Part shown: piece after piece, positions 33,257 through 44,925 of the stretch
Numbering within the stretch: the stretch's first letter is position 1
Layout: the number at the start of each line of letters is the position of its first letter
Source of the DNA: Candidatus Doudnabacteria bacterium
GTDB lineage: Bacteria; Patescibacteriota; Doudnabacteria; UBA920
Direction: 5' to 3'
Assembly: GCA_963788395.1 (NCBI GenBank)
Contig: CAWBGV010000031.1
Coordinates: 7,116-71,115, forward strand
Length of the DNA stretch: 64,000 nt
Translations under genes and position numbers: made by a program
The notes under the pieces: generated by a model
Seen by the model: only the letters and a program-made list of their open reading frames with translations
The model's database searches: none
What the model was told of the DNA's origin: nothing

Positions 33257-33285
33257 TTGACAATACTCGAATATAGTTATAAAAT
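33257..33285 (+). promoter_or_regulatory. Sigma70-type promoter (TTGACA-N17-TAAAAT)
   Basis: -35 at 33257-33262 and -10 at 33280-33285. It would give a ~125-nt leader before the DHS-like gene. Confidence 0.35.
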
Positions 33286-33413
33286 ATTTTTGTTATTAAT
33301 ATTTTTCGCTGAACTTAAAAGCGGTCTGCCTTCACCAAAGCTTTAGCGGACCGAATCCTATTAATTATTTGATTAAGGTGGTGAGGAACTCGCGAAACAC
33401 AAAAGGATAGGAA

Positions 33414-34514
33414 ATGCAAAAAAATAAATTTAGCAAGCTCTCTCCGGCCTTGCGTAAATTGGTAGTGCCGGACACCAGTAAGTCGACGGGGACTTTGAGT
33501 GCGGCGGTTAAAAAGGCCGGGAGTCCGCTTTCGACATACGCAGACAAGACCTTAAAGCACTTAAACGGCGGCTCAAGCATGCAGGCGGCGCTGTGGTTAA
33601 AAGAGCATTTGGATAACGGCGGAAAGTTAGTCATTACACTAGCCGGAGCTTTAAGTTCTTTTCAAATTGGGACCATGCTGGCCGAACTTATCCGTCAAAA
33701 TAAGGTTCATTTAGTTTCCGCGACTGGCGCTAATCATGAAGAATCGTACTATCGATATGTCGCCCACTCTCATTATGCTTACATCCCTCGTTACACAGAG
33801 CTGACACCCGAACAGGAGGCCGAACTCCGCGATGCCGGTTTACGACGCATAACCGACACCTTTTTGCCCGAAGACGAAAGCGTGCGGATTATGGAACCGC
33901 ATTTGTATAAAATGTGGAAAGAAGCCGAAAAAAAAGGCCAAAAGCATTTTCCCCATGAATACTTTCGCCGATTATTTCAGGAAAAGCTGATTAAGCCCGA
34001 TCCGCAGGCAAATCCTCAGGATTGCTGGGCCTATGCTGCTTACAAAAAAGACATCCCCATAGTCATTCCGGGTTTTGAAGATTCCACCATGGGCAATATT
34101 TTTGCCAGTTACACCTACAACGGCCCGCACAAGAAAAAAGGCGAACCGGTCATTAGCGGTAGCGTTATGAAAAGCGGTCTGGAATACTTTCATTTTATGT
34201 ACGACTGGTACATGAAAGAAGCTAAAAATGCGCCTATTGCCTTTTTACAGCTTGGCGGGGGCATTTCCGCCGACTTCCCCATTTGTGTAGTACCCTCACT
34301 CAAGCACGATTTGCATTTGCACGGTAAAGTGCGCGACTGGGCCGGTTTTATAGAAATCGGCTCCTCGCCCATGTCATACGGCTCTTACTCCGGCGCGGGC
34401 GGTAAAGAAAAAATTACCTGGGATAAACTTTCCACCAAGAGCTACTATCAAATTATCCAAAGCGACGTCACCGTAGTCTTCCCCTGGATCGCCGCAGTCC
34501 TGCTCGGATTATAA
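33414..34514 (+). CDS. Deoxyhypusine synthase-like protein (possible homospermidine synthase)
   Basis: DHS-family sequence VITLAGALSSFQIGTMLAELIRQNKVHLVSATGANHEE. The catalytic-Lys context EKITWDKL matches the eukaryotic/archaeal EAVSWGKI. Confidence 0.8.
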   Translation: MQKNKFSKLSPALRKLVVPDTSKSTGTLSAAVKKAGSPLSTYADKTLKHLNGGSSMQAALWLKEHLDNGGKLVITLAGALSSFQIGTMLAELIRQNKVHLVSATGANHEESYYRYVAHSHYAYIPRYTELTPEQEAELRDAGLRRITDTFLPEDESVRIMEPHLYKMWKEAEKKGQKHFPHEYFRRLFQEKLIKPDPQANPQDCWAYAAYKKDIPIVIPGFEDSTMGNIFASYTYNGPHKKKGEPVISGSVMKSGLEYFHFMYDWYMKEAKNAPIAFLQLGGGISADFPICVVPSLKHDLHLHGKVRDWAGFIEIGSSPMSYGSYSGAGGKEKITWDKLSTKSYYQIIQSDVTVVFPWIAAVLLGL

Positions 34515-34518
34515 AAAT

Positions 34519-34547
34519 AAAAAACCTGCCGTTCGGCAGGTTTTTTA
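34519..34547. terminator. Bidirectional rho-independent terminator
   Basis: aaaaaacctgcc-gttc-ggcaggtttttt between convergent genes. Confidence 0.7.
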
Positions 34548-34570
34548 CATAAAGACAAACCGTAATGTAG

Positions 34571-34951
34571 TTACTGTTTTGGAATTTTCAGAATTTCGCC
34601 GGGCTTTAAGACAAAGGGGCTTTGGATATTATTCACTGTAGCCAGCGTGCTCCAGGTAATGTTAAATTTTTGACTGACATCAAACAACGTATCGCCTTTT
34701 TGAACCGTGTATTGGATAAATTGGACATCCGGTACAGTCACGGTTCGGGTATCGCTGGCACCTAAAACTTTTCCGGTGTAATTCGTGGTTTTGGAACTGT
34801 AGAGCAGGCGGATATCATTCGCCGTCAGCCCGATAGCTAAGACTAAACAAACGACAGCGCTAATCTTGAGGATTTGATTCGGTGTCCGGGCTCGGTCAAC
34901 ACCGAATTTTAAACGAGGGGAGAGCTCGACTTTTTTTGGTTTTCGAGGCAT
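34571..34951 (-). CDS. LysM-domain protein with N-terminal membrane anchor
   Basis: MPRKPKK..., TM segment ISAVVCLVLAIGLTA, and C-terminal LysM YTVQKGDTLFDVSQKFNITWSTLATVNNIQSPFVLKPGEILKIP. The 54 extra N-terminal codons of ORF 34571-35113 are judged spurious. Confidence 0.7.
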   Translation of the reverse strand: MPRKPKKVELSPRLKFGVDRARTPNQILKISAVVCLVLAIGLTANDIRLLYSSKTTNYTGKVLGASDTRTVTVPDVQFIQYTVQKGDTLFDVSQKFNITWSTLATVNNIQSPFVLKPGEILKIPKQ

Positions 34952-35170
34952 GTCGTGAGTTGTAACGGGATAAAGAATATCTTTATCCTGAATAAGAAAT
35001 TTTAAAGAAATTCCGGTTTTGTTTCTGTAACACGCAGTACATCTTTTCTTTATTATAGAATAATTTTCGATAATAAACAAATGTGGATAACAAAGTGGAT
35101 ATCGAGTGGTCAAGGGGTGTTTAAATTGTTCTTAACTAAAGCAATTACAGGCAAAAACCCTAAAATATAG

Positions 35171-37228
<2,058 letters not shown>

Positions 37229-37241
37229 ATTCCAGCGCCTT

Positions 37242-38729
37242 ATGAATACGACGGTTTTTCTGGCGAGAGTTAAAGCAGCGTTCATCCGGTTTGATATATA
37301 TTGGTTATTGCTGGCGGCGGCGCTGCTTCGGGTATTCGGGCGCGGCTCTTCGTCGTATGGAATTACCGGAGAATTGTTCCGCGACATGGAGGTTAGCTAC
37401 CGGTTCCTGCGTTTGGGACAGTGGCCGTTACTTGGCCCGGTTTCAAGCTTTGGCGGCCTCCACTTTGGGGCGGTTTATTATTATTTGTTGGCTCCGGCCG
37501 TTTTGTTATTCCGCTCGGCCCCTTATGGCGCCACAGCCGTAAGCGCCTTATTTTCTTTGGCTTCTATCTGGATGCTCTATCAATTATTGGCCGTCTGGTT
37601 TGGGCGCCGTGATATTGCCCGCTTAGGGGCTTTTTTACTTTCCCTCTCGGCGGTAGACATTCAGTATAGCTATTATATTTCTAATCCAAATTTGTTGCCG
37701 TTCTTTTTGCTTTGGTTTTTCTATTGCTTAACAAAAGTCTGCGCCGGCGACAGCAGGTGGCGAAATTATATTGGGCTCGGACTGGCGCTGGGGATAGCCA
37801 CTCAACTTCATGCTACAGCGCTGCTGCTCTTACCCGTTTTGCTGATTATTTCTGTCTTGTGGTACCGAAAATTTTGGAACTGGGCGCGGGCTATAATCGC
37901 GGCCGTTTTAGCCGGGGTGACGTACCTACCTTACATTATTTATGAGTTTGCTCATAGTTTTTCCAATAGTCGGGGCGCTTTGTTTTTGGGCAAAACTTAT
38001 CTCTCGATCTGGATCCACGGCCCTTCCGCGGTTTCAGTAGCTGTCTTTTGGCAAAGTGTTTTACTTTCGCGCGTGAATTTATTTGATTTTGCTGAATCGC
38101 ACCTGTTCTTGGCTATCATCCTGCTGATCGGATTTATTATCTGCGCGGCAGGGGGGCTAGCATTGCTGAAGCGCCGGCCGGAGAGCGACTCGGCAGCCAT
38201 GAGCCAACCCGGAGTTACTATTTTTTTCTTATGGATTGGATTGGGAACCATGATGTTTTTATTGTTCCGGGGCATCATCCAGTCGTTTTATTTTTTAGTT
38301 TTGTGGCCAGCGCCGATTATTCTCGTCTGCTGGTTGGCCGCACGGCTGCTGGCTGGTCCAAAAGTTTGGGGTTGGTGCTTCGTCGGCATTTTTGTATTAG
38401 CTCAAGCCTTGCAGCTGTGGTATTTTTATCCCCTAATCTACAAGCCCGCGCTGGCGCACGGAAATATTTTAGCCATTTTTAAGCGCATCTCTGCCGCCGC
38501 CGGGAGCCAAAGCTACGTTATGGTCAACAATCTGCTGGATATAAACGAATTCCATTATTACCAGCAGCTGTCCGGCATGCCGACGCGGTCCGCAACTAAC
38601 GTTTCTGTGGTATATGTTCTTTGTGCCGCGGCTCATGCTCCCGCCTGTCACCTGAGGGATTCGGCTTACCGGCCCCTAAATACTTTTATTCAAAACGGCT
38701 TATTGGTTGTTCAATATCAGAAAATTTGA
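37242..38729 (+). CDS. Polytopic membrane protein, GT-C / ArnT-PMT (family 39)-like glycosyltransferase
   Basis: 495 aa with about 12 TM segments. The overall pattern resembles lipid-carrier-dependent glycosyltransferases. The family call is tentative. Confidence 0.55.
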   Translation: MNTTVFLARVKAAFIRFDIYWLLLAAALLRVFGRGSSSYGITGELFRDMEVSYRFLRLGQWPLLGPVSSFGGLHFGAVYYYLLAPAVLLFRSAPYGATAVSALFSLASIWMLYQLLAVWFGRRDIARLGAFLLSLSAVDIQYSYYISNPNLLPFFLLWFFYCLTKVCAGDSRWRNYIGLGLALGIATQLHATALLLLPVLLIISVLWYRKFWNWARAIIAAVLAGVTYLPYIIYEFAHSFSNSRGALFLGKTYLSIWIHGPSAVSVAVFWQSVLLSRVNLFDFAESHLFLAIILLIGFIICAAGGLALLKRRPESDSAAMSQPGVTIFFLWIGLGTMMFLLFRGIIQSFYFLVLWPAPIILVCWLAARLLAGPKVWGWCFVGIFVLAQALQLWYFYPLIYKPALAHGNILAIFKRISAAAGSQSYVMVNNLLDINEFHYYQQLSGMPTRSATNVSVVYVLCAAAHAPACHLRDSAYRPLNTFIQNGLLVVQYQKI

Positions 38730-38757
38730 TCTTAAAATTCAAAAATAAAATTGTACT

Positions 38758-40509
38758 ATGCGAAATTTTTTGCGATTTCATAAAGTTAAAATAAATGTTT
38801 TGGCAATTAGTCTGATTTTATGCTGCCTGCTTGCCGTCTACCAGGTGTTACTGTATAAAAATTTTGTGATAGATTCGGCTGGCAATATGCGGACCACAAT
38901 TGCCGGCTTTGGCGATATTCCGTATCATCTGACTCAAATGAGTAAGTTCGCCTTTAGTCCTTTTAATACCGACGACCCGATTTTTACCGGCACCAAGCTA
39001 CGCTATTCGTTTGTTGTGAACTTGTTAAGTGGTTGGCTACTGCGGGCTACCCGGGCTTGGACTTTTTCTGTAAACTCGCCGGTCATGTTCTTTGGAGCTG
39101 GCAGCATGCTCTTAGTTTTTTTCATTTACCGGAGTTTTCTCAAGTCTTCCTGGGCGGCCCTCTGGACTTTAATTTTATTTTATTTAGGTTCCGGCTGGGG
39201 AGCCTACGACCTGGTTCGCCAGCAGGTCTTGGGAGGGCATGGTAGTTTGGGACAATTTTTTAACTATTTGATTAACAACAACATCTCGACTATTTTGCGG
39301 TGGGGGGCAGTCTACCCGCAGCAAAATATTGTGTGGGGGGCGCCGCTGAGTTTGGTTTTTTTACACCAACGGTCGTTTGTAATGGGATTTTTTGTATTTA
39401 CCATTGTGCTTTGGTACTTAATGGACCTCGCGCGCCTTTCGCGCCTCTGGGCTTTGGTTGCTATAGGATTTTTAATTGGACTCACTCCGCTCATTCACAT
39501 TCATACCTTTGTGATTCTTGTTGGCGTGCTGGGCGTCTGGGCGCTGCAAAAGTTGTGGATTAAAGATTATCTATCGTTTCGAAAGCTTCTGATTATCAGC
39601 GTGACGGCTGCGGTTGTAGCCGCGCCGCAGCTCTATTATTTAATGGCCGCGCAGCCGGGTTTGCCGGCCAGTTTTGGTTCATTCTTGGCTTTCCGGCTGG
39701 GGTGGATGGTCCCGCCGACCATTGGCTCCGTAGTTTTTCCGCCGGCCGCCAGCCCGCTGGTAATGTTTGGGGTTTATTTGAAGTTTTTATGGGTCAACCT
39801 TGGCTTGCTGCTGCCGTTTTTTATCCTGGCAGGTATAATTGTTTGGGCGGCAAAAAAACGCCAGGATCGGCCAGAATTAGCGCTGTGGTGGCTTATGGCT
39901 GCCGCAATTTTTATACTCCTCCAATTAGTTAGATTGCAGCCCTGGGATTTTGATGACAACAAGCTCGTGGTTTATTTTGCTTTTTTTGCCGCGCCGGTGA
40001 TTGTGGCTATTTTTTGGAGATATCTTCGGGAATACAAAATCACCGTTACCGTAGTTTTTGCTCTTTATTTTCTCCTCAGTATTTCGACGGGTGTTTTGGA
40101 TATTCTGCCACGATTGGCAATTCCGCTTAATCAGTTGCCGGTTATGTTTACGCTCCAGGACCGGATCATGGCCAATTACATTATTCAAGATGTGCCCCAG
40201 CAAGATCTGATTCTGACCAGTGAAACTCCTTTAAACCCGGTTAACGCTTTGGCTGGCCGATCGGTTTTGGTCGGCTATGGCGGCTGGCTGTGGACCGAAG
40301 GCGTTGTTCCCGGCCAGCGGGAAAGGGACATCGAAAACTTTTACGCGGATCCGTCGAGTTACCAAAACGTGGTACAAAAATACAATATCAAATATATTAT
40401 GCTGGATTCGGATTCTATTACTCAATGGCACGCTCAGCCGCTGGTGTTTGATCAATTGTTTCAGAAAGTCTTTCAATCCGGCGATTTGATCTTATATCGC
40501 GTTGATTAG
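38758..40509 (+). CDS. Large polytopic membrane protein, possible GT-C-fold glycosyltransferase
   Basis: 583 aa with at least 12 TM segments and a soluble C-terminal domain (GYGGWLWTEG..., IKYIMLDSD). Function not established. Confidence 0.5.
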   Translation: MRNFLRFHKVKINVLAISLILCCLLAVYQVLLYKNFVIDSAGNMRTTIAGFGDIPYHLTQMSKFAFSPFNTDDPIFTGTKLRYSFVVNLLSGWLLRATRAWTFSVNSPVMFFGAGSMLLVFFIYRSFLKSSWAALWTLILFYLGSGWGAYDLVRQQVLGGHGSLGQFFNYLINNNISTILRWGAVYPQQNIVWGAPLSLVFLHQRSFVMGFFVFTIVLWYLMDLARLSRLWALVAIGFLIGLTPLIHIHTFVILVGVLGVWALQKLWIKDYLSFRKLLIISVTAAVVAAPQLYYLMAAQPGLPASFGSFLAFRLGWMVPPTIGSVVFPPAASPLVMFGVYLKFLWVNLGLLLPFFILAGIIVWAAKKRQDRPELALWWLMAAAIFILLQLVRLQPWDFDDNKLVVYFAFFAAPVIVAIFWRYLREYKITVTVVFALYFLLSISTGVLDILPRLAIPLNQLPVMFTLQDRIMANYIIQDVPQQDLILTSETPLNPVNALAGRSVLVGYGGWLWTEGVVPGQRERDIENFYADPSSYQNVVQKYNIKYIMLDSDSITQWHAQPLVFDQLFQKVFQSGDLILYRVD

Positions 40510-40573
40510 GTCTATTTGCTCCCGAGTAGAATTTTAAGATATACTAGTGTTACACCGGAGTAATCTAAAAAAA

Positions 40574-41503
40574 ATGGCCGCCGAAGACCAGAAAAAGAAT
40601 AATGAAGATTTAGGCCTGGGCTCAAAAGTTATCCAGGGTAACCGCACGCGTTTTGTAAATCGCGACGGGACTTTTAACGTCCATCGTAAAGGAATGTTTG
40701 AACGCGGCGCGTTTAGCCCTTACCACGCCATTTTGCAGGCTTCGTGGACCAGGTTTTTTTGGGGTGTTATTGCCTATTATATTTCGGCGAATGTTATTTT
40801 TACCGCGTTCTATTTACTGTGCGGAAAAAATGCTTTTCCGGCCATTGCTACCCTGGATGTCTCCCAGCGGGCCGGGCAATTATTTTTTTACAGCATTCAA
40901 ATAATTAGTACACTGGGCTCCAGTCCGCTGCATCCGGCGACTACGCTATCCGATATTGCCTTGGCCTTGGAATCGATGATTGGCTTGTTTGGTTTTGCGA
41001 TTGGCGCCAGCTTAATGTTCGCGCGATTTTCTAATCCGCCCACCAGAATTCTGTTTAGCAAAAAAGCGGTTATCGCCCCGTATAACAATATTAAGGCTTT
41101 TATGGTCCGGATTATTAATGGCCGCAGCAATGAATTAATTAACGTCAACGCGATTGTGACGGTTTCTTTAACCGACGCGGAAGGTAAGCGCGCGTTCCAG
41201 CGGTTGGCATTGGAACGTGATTCGGTCTATGTTTTTCCTTTGAGCTGGACGATCGTGCATCCGATTGAAGCCGATAGTCCTTTGTGGGGCTTAACCGCGG
41301 CCGATTTAAAAAAACGCGAAGCGGAATTTTTGGTTAACATTAGCGCTACCGATGAGGATCTTTCTAAGACCGTCTACGCTCGGTCTTCTTACTTGTACGA
41401 CGAAGTAGCTGTAGGAGCAAAATTCGTAAATATTCTCGAAAATGACGCTAACGGTGCCGTGGTAGTAGACCCAAAGCGGATAGGGGAAATAGAGAAAGTG
41501 TGA
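40574..41503 (+). CDS. Inward-rectifier (KirBac-like) channel homologue with atypical selectivity filter TLGSS
   Basis: Alignable by eye to KirBac over its full length: slide helix RFVNRDGTFNVHRKG, M1, pore helix FFYSIQIISTLGSSPLHP, M2, and a cytoplasmic Ig-like domain FSKKAVIAPYNN...FPLSWTIVHPIEADSPL. ATG 40574 is preferred over GTG 40547. Confidence 0.85.
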   Translation: MAAEDQKKNNEDLGLGSKVIQGNRTRFVNRDGTFNVHRKGMFERGAFSPYHAILQASWTRFFWGVIAYYISANVIFTAFYLLCGKNAFPAIATLDVSQRAGQLFFYSIQIISTLGSSPLHPATTLSDIALALESMIGLFGFAIGASLMFARFSNPPTRILFSKKAVIAPYNNIKAFMVRIINGRSNELINVNAIVTVSLTDAEGKRAFQRLALERDSVYVFPLSWTIVHPIEADSPLWGLTAADLKKREAEFLVNISATDEDLSKTVYARSSYLYDEVAVGAKFVNILENDANGAVVVDPKRIGEIEKV

Positions 41504-41600
41504 ATATCCTGTGCATTTCATGTCTTAACAGAAATACAATCTCTTTTATATAAGCCATATTTTACAAAGGCTCCAAGAACAAAAATTTTTTCGATCTGAC

Positions 41601-41629
41601 TTGACAAGCCTGGCGTTATCTATTAATAT
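41601..41629 (+). promoter_or_regulatory. Near-consensus sigma70 promoter (TTGACA-N17-TAATAT), probable 23S-5S operon promoter
   Basis: -35 at 41601-41606 and -10 at 41624-41629. No ORF follows for more than 800 nt, up to the 23S rRNA. Confidence 0.55.
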
Positions 41630-41691
41630 TGTTAATACAGTAAGCAAGGACTTAAAAACATGTTAAAAATCACATTAGAATTAACAAAACA

Positions 41692-41753
41692 GCGGTTTAT
41701 GTAAAACGGCCAATTTAACTTGTGCCTTACATAACCGCGAAAGCGGTTTTTTT
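41692..41753 (+). promoter_or_regulatory. Mutually exclusive hairpins (antiterminator-like vs terminator-like) in the rRNA leader
   Basis: Hairpin A pairs gcggtttatgtaa (41692-41704) with ttacataaccgc (41727-41738). Hairpin T is aaccgc-gaaa-gcggtt plus TTTTT (41733-41753). Both use aaccgc at 41733-41738. Confidence 0.35.
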
Positions 41754-42032
41754 GTTCACTTTAATGAAATTATTATAGAGAACAATCCGCCGTAGCCTCC
41801 CAACCTAATCTTACATAAACTTAATTAAGACAATAAAAATTTTACCCACAGCTAAACCTATTAGCACGGGCGAAGGCGGATACCCCGCCAAAAGTCAGTT
41901 ATTGTCATTAATTATAAGTTATAGTTTCTCTCTATATACTTACTGCTCACAGATCTCAGCATTCCTTCAAACTTAGGGAATCCAGGCTCGTAGATCCTCT
42001 CGGGGCAGTAGCTATATGGCGGGAATTAGTTA

Positions 42033-42116
42033 GAAAGTTATAAAGTTCGTAAGGTTATAAAGCCTGCAGTTGCAGCCACTTTAAAAACTTTCAACTTTAA
42101 AAACTTTACAACTTTT
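42033..42116 (+). repeat. AAGTTATAAAG-unit hairpin (family member 2) in the 23S leader
   Basis: gaaagttataaagttcgtaaggttataaagc-ctgcagttgcag-ccactttaaaaactttcaactttaaaaactttac. Confidence 0.6.
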
Positions 42117-42337
42117 TCAGCCACGTACTTTAAAAACTGAATAGTAAGTCATCAATCTCAACCAATTTGATGACTTATGGGTAGAAAACATTGTAAATAA
42201 ACCGCTGATGAGACGCTGATATGAACGCGGATTAGACGCTGAAGCAATTCAATTCTAATCTGACAAAATATCGACGCCGAATCATCGGTATACAAAGAAC
42301 ATTGTATCCAAATCAAATAGTAGTTTGGAAGATCATA

Positions 42338-42425
42338 GAAGTTTATAAAGTTATAAAGTTCATAAAGTTTATAAAGTGTTGCAGTAATGCAGTTACTTTA
42401 TAACTTTCAACTTTAAAAACCTTAT
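42338..42425 (+). repeat. AAGTTATAAAG-unit hairpin (family member 3) in the 23S leader
   Basis: gaagtttataaagttataaagttcataaagtttataaagtg-ttgcagtaatgcag-ttactttataactttcaactttaaaaacc. Confidence 0.6.
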
Positions 42426-43096
42426 CAACTAATTTGGTCATCACAAATTGCTAGTCAATTACAAAAGATTAGAACAGACAAGGGTATATGGTGGATGCCT
42501 TGGTAATATGAGCCGATGAAGGACGTTGTAGCCTAACGAAAAGCCTCGGGGAGCTGGCAAACAAGCTTTGATCCGGGGGTGTCCGAATGGGGAAACCTAT
42601 GCACTGGAAGAGTGCATGCCTATATGTCGTGGGATATATAGCGCGGGAACCGTGCGAAGTGAAACATCTCAGTAGCACGTGGAAAATAAATCAATTGTCC
42701 GCCTTTGGCGGACATCGAGATTCCGTTAGTAGTGGCGAGCGAACGCGGATAGATATAGAAATTTATTCGTTGGACGAGTATATAGTAGTGTCCGGCGAAT
42801 AAATATCTATTAGCCCAAACCTAATTAGTGTTGTTGATATCGCAAGATTGAAACTTAAAGATTACAGTCGTTGTTAATTAGGCGTTATAAGTGGAAGTCA
42901 TTGTGAGGCTGTAACCTCACTGGGAATATAGTGTGCTGTTTAGCAGAACACGCCTGGAACGGCGGACCAAAGAGGGTGATAGTCCCGTATCGCGAAAAAC
43001 CATGCAATTTCCTGACTTTTTCTTGAGTACGACCAGACACGAGAAATCTGGTCGGAAATCAGGTCGACTAAGATCTAAGGCTAAATACTCATATTA

Positions 43097-43135
<39 letters not shown>

Positions 43136-43194
43136 CACCCCGGAAGGGGAATGAAATAGTTTCTGAAACCATATACTTACAAGGAGTGGAAGGC

Positions 43195-43460
43195 CGTATT
43201 CGTGTTGCGGGTTAGAAGTCTTAAGTTAGATTTTATAGCTAGTGCAAGAATTAGGTTTTTGAGAAGAATTAACCTAATTATTCTAATTTCTAATTAACCT
43301 AAATAATACCCAATATTGAAATGTCTAAAATTAGGACATTCTGATATTGTGATTTGTTTAGAAATTAGGTCAATTAGAATAATTAGAAATTTTGTCCAAT
43401 GAATTTTGCACGAGCGATAAAGTTTAATATTTAGGAAATCTTACCCGTAGCACGAATGGC
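43195..43460 (+). other. 23S expansion segment: ~250-nt AT-rich rod (TTCTAA/TTAGAA units) replacing a short hairpin (probably the helix 25 region)
   Basis: ccgtattcgtgttgcggg...cccgtagcacgaatgg closes the rod. The interior has ctaattattctaatttctaattaacctaaat ... atttgtttagaaattaggtcaattagaataattagaaatt. Confidence 0.7.
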
Positions 43461-43566
43461 TAACCGCGTGCCTATTGAAGAATGATCCAACGAGTTAATC
43501 TTCAGCAGCTTGATTAAGTCCTATCAAGGACGAAATCGTAGTGAAAGCGAGGATGAATAGTCCGTA

Positions 43567-43677
43567 AAAGTTTATAAAGTTCTTAAAGTTAGTAAAGTTC
43601 ATAAAGTAACTGCAGCAATGCCGGTACTTTATAACTTGATGAACTTGACGAACTTTATAAACTTTATGTTGCTGGAG
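43567..43677 (+). repeat. AAGTTATAAAG-unit hairpin (family member 4) inserted inside 23S rRNA
   Basis: aaaagtttataaagttcttaaagttagtaaagttcataaagta-actgcagcaatgccgg-tactttataacttgatgaacttgacgaactttataaactttat. It lies just upstream of the conserved gttagacccgaaaccc block. Confidence 0.7.
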
Positions 43678-44055
43678 TTAGACCCGAAACCCGCGTGAGC
43701 TACGCATGGCCAGGATGAACGTTATGTAAAAGTAACGGGAGGTCCGAACCCACTATTGCTGCAAAAATAGGGGATGAGCTGTGCGTAGGGGAGAAATTCC
43801 AATCGAACCGGGTGATAGCTGGTTCTCCTCGAAATAGCTTTAGGGCTAGCGTCGAGAGTTCCCTTGAGAGGTAGAGCACTGAATGGAAACCTGCTGCGCA
43901 AGCGGTAGGCTCCAACCAAACTCCGAATTCTCAAGATTAAGATCTCGGCAGTCAGTCCGTGAGGGCTAAGCTTCACTGGACAAATGGAGAAGAATCCACA
44001 CCATCGTCTAAGGCCCCCAAATCCTAGCTATAGTGCAAAGGATGTGGGGTTGCTC

Positions 44056-44092
<37 letters not shown>

Positions 44093-44192
44093 TAAAGAAA
44101 GCGTAACAGCTCACTGGTCAAGCGATCCTGCGCCGACAATATATAGGGGCTAAGCTAGGTGCCGAAGACATGGATCAGGGCGGAGCCCTGTA

Positions 44193-44338
44193 ATTCCCAA
44201 ATTACAAAACCCAAATAACAAATAAATTCCATCCGCCAAAGGCGGACAAAATTTCAAAAACTGCGATTGCGGTATATGGGTGTTTGAATTTTGTTTATTG
44301 GATATTGTTTGTAATTTGTTTTTTGAGATTTGGTGCTT
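44193..44338 (+). other. 23S expansion segment (~145 nt rod, probably the helix 45 region)
   Basis: cagggcggagccctgtaa ... ttacagagcttcgctctg closes the rod. The interior has caaaacccaaataacaaataaattcc-atccgccaaaggcggac-... ttgtttattggatattgtttgtaatttgtttt. Confidence 0.65.
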
Positions 44339-44925
44339 ACAGAGCTTCGCTCTGGTGGTAGAGGAGTGTTGTGCACGGGTTGAAGCGGTATGCGTAAGCG
44401 GCCGTGGACAGTGCACAAGTAAGAATGTTGGAATAAGTAATATATATAGAGGTGAGAATCCTCTTCGCCGAATATCCAAGGGTTCCAGGGCAACGATCGT
44501 CGTCCCTGGGTTAGTCGATCCTAAGAGTGGGCCCCAAGGGGTTCACCCGATGGAAAATACGGTTGATATTCCGTAACCACTATACAATTATCTTAGGCGG
44601 GACGCATCCTGGTAACGCTAGCGTCATCTGACTATTGGCGTTGTCGTGCTTGTAGGATGGGTTGTAGGTAAATCCGCAACCCACTACTGTCCGCTTTGTC
44701 CGCAAGGACTCAGCGTCCGGTTTCAAGTTCGAGAGCACGAAGAAATCTGGCAACGGAGATTGGCGTGAACCAAGGTGTCAAGAAAAGCGTCGAAGTTATG
44801 TTGTATTGTGATCGTACCGTAAACCGACACAGGTGGATGGGGAGAGAATCCCAAGGCGTCCGGAACAATGTTCGTTAAGGAACTCGGCAAAAAAGCAGGT
44901 GTACCTTAGGTATATACCTTGACCC

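Noticed and set aside
34952-35113. 54-codon N-terminal extension of the LysM protein
   Set aside because: The sequence (MTTRYPLCYPHLFIIENYSIIKKRCTACYRNK...) looks non-protein-like. The Lys-rich N-terminus plus TM anchor starts at ATG 34951.
41756-42464. A hidden 16S fragment, tRNA or other RNA gene in the ~700-nt stretch between the leader hairpins and 23S
   Set aside because: No 16S, tRNA, RNase P, SRP or tmRNA signature sequences were recognised. The stretch contains the two AAGTTATAAAG-unit hairpins and the 23S processing-stem strand, so it is treated as precursor leader.
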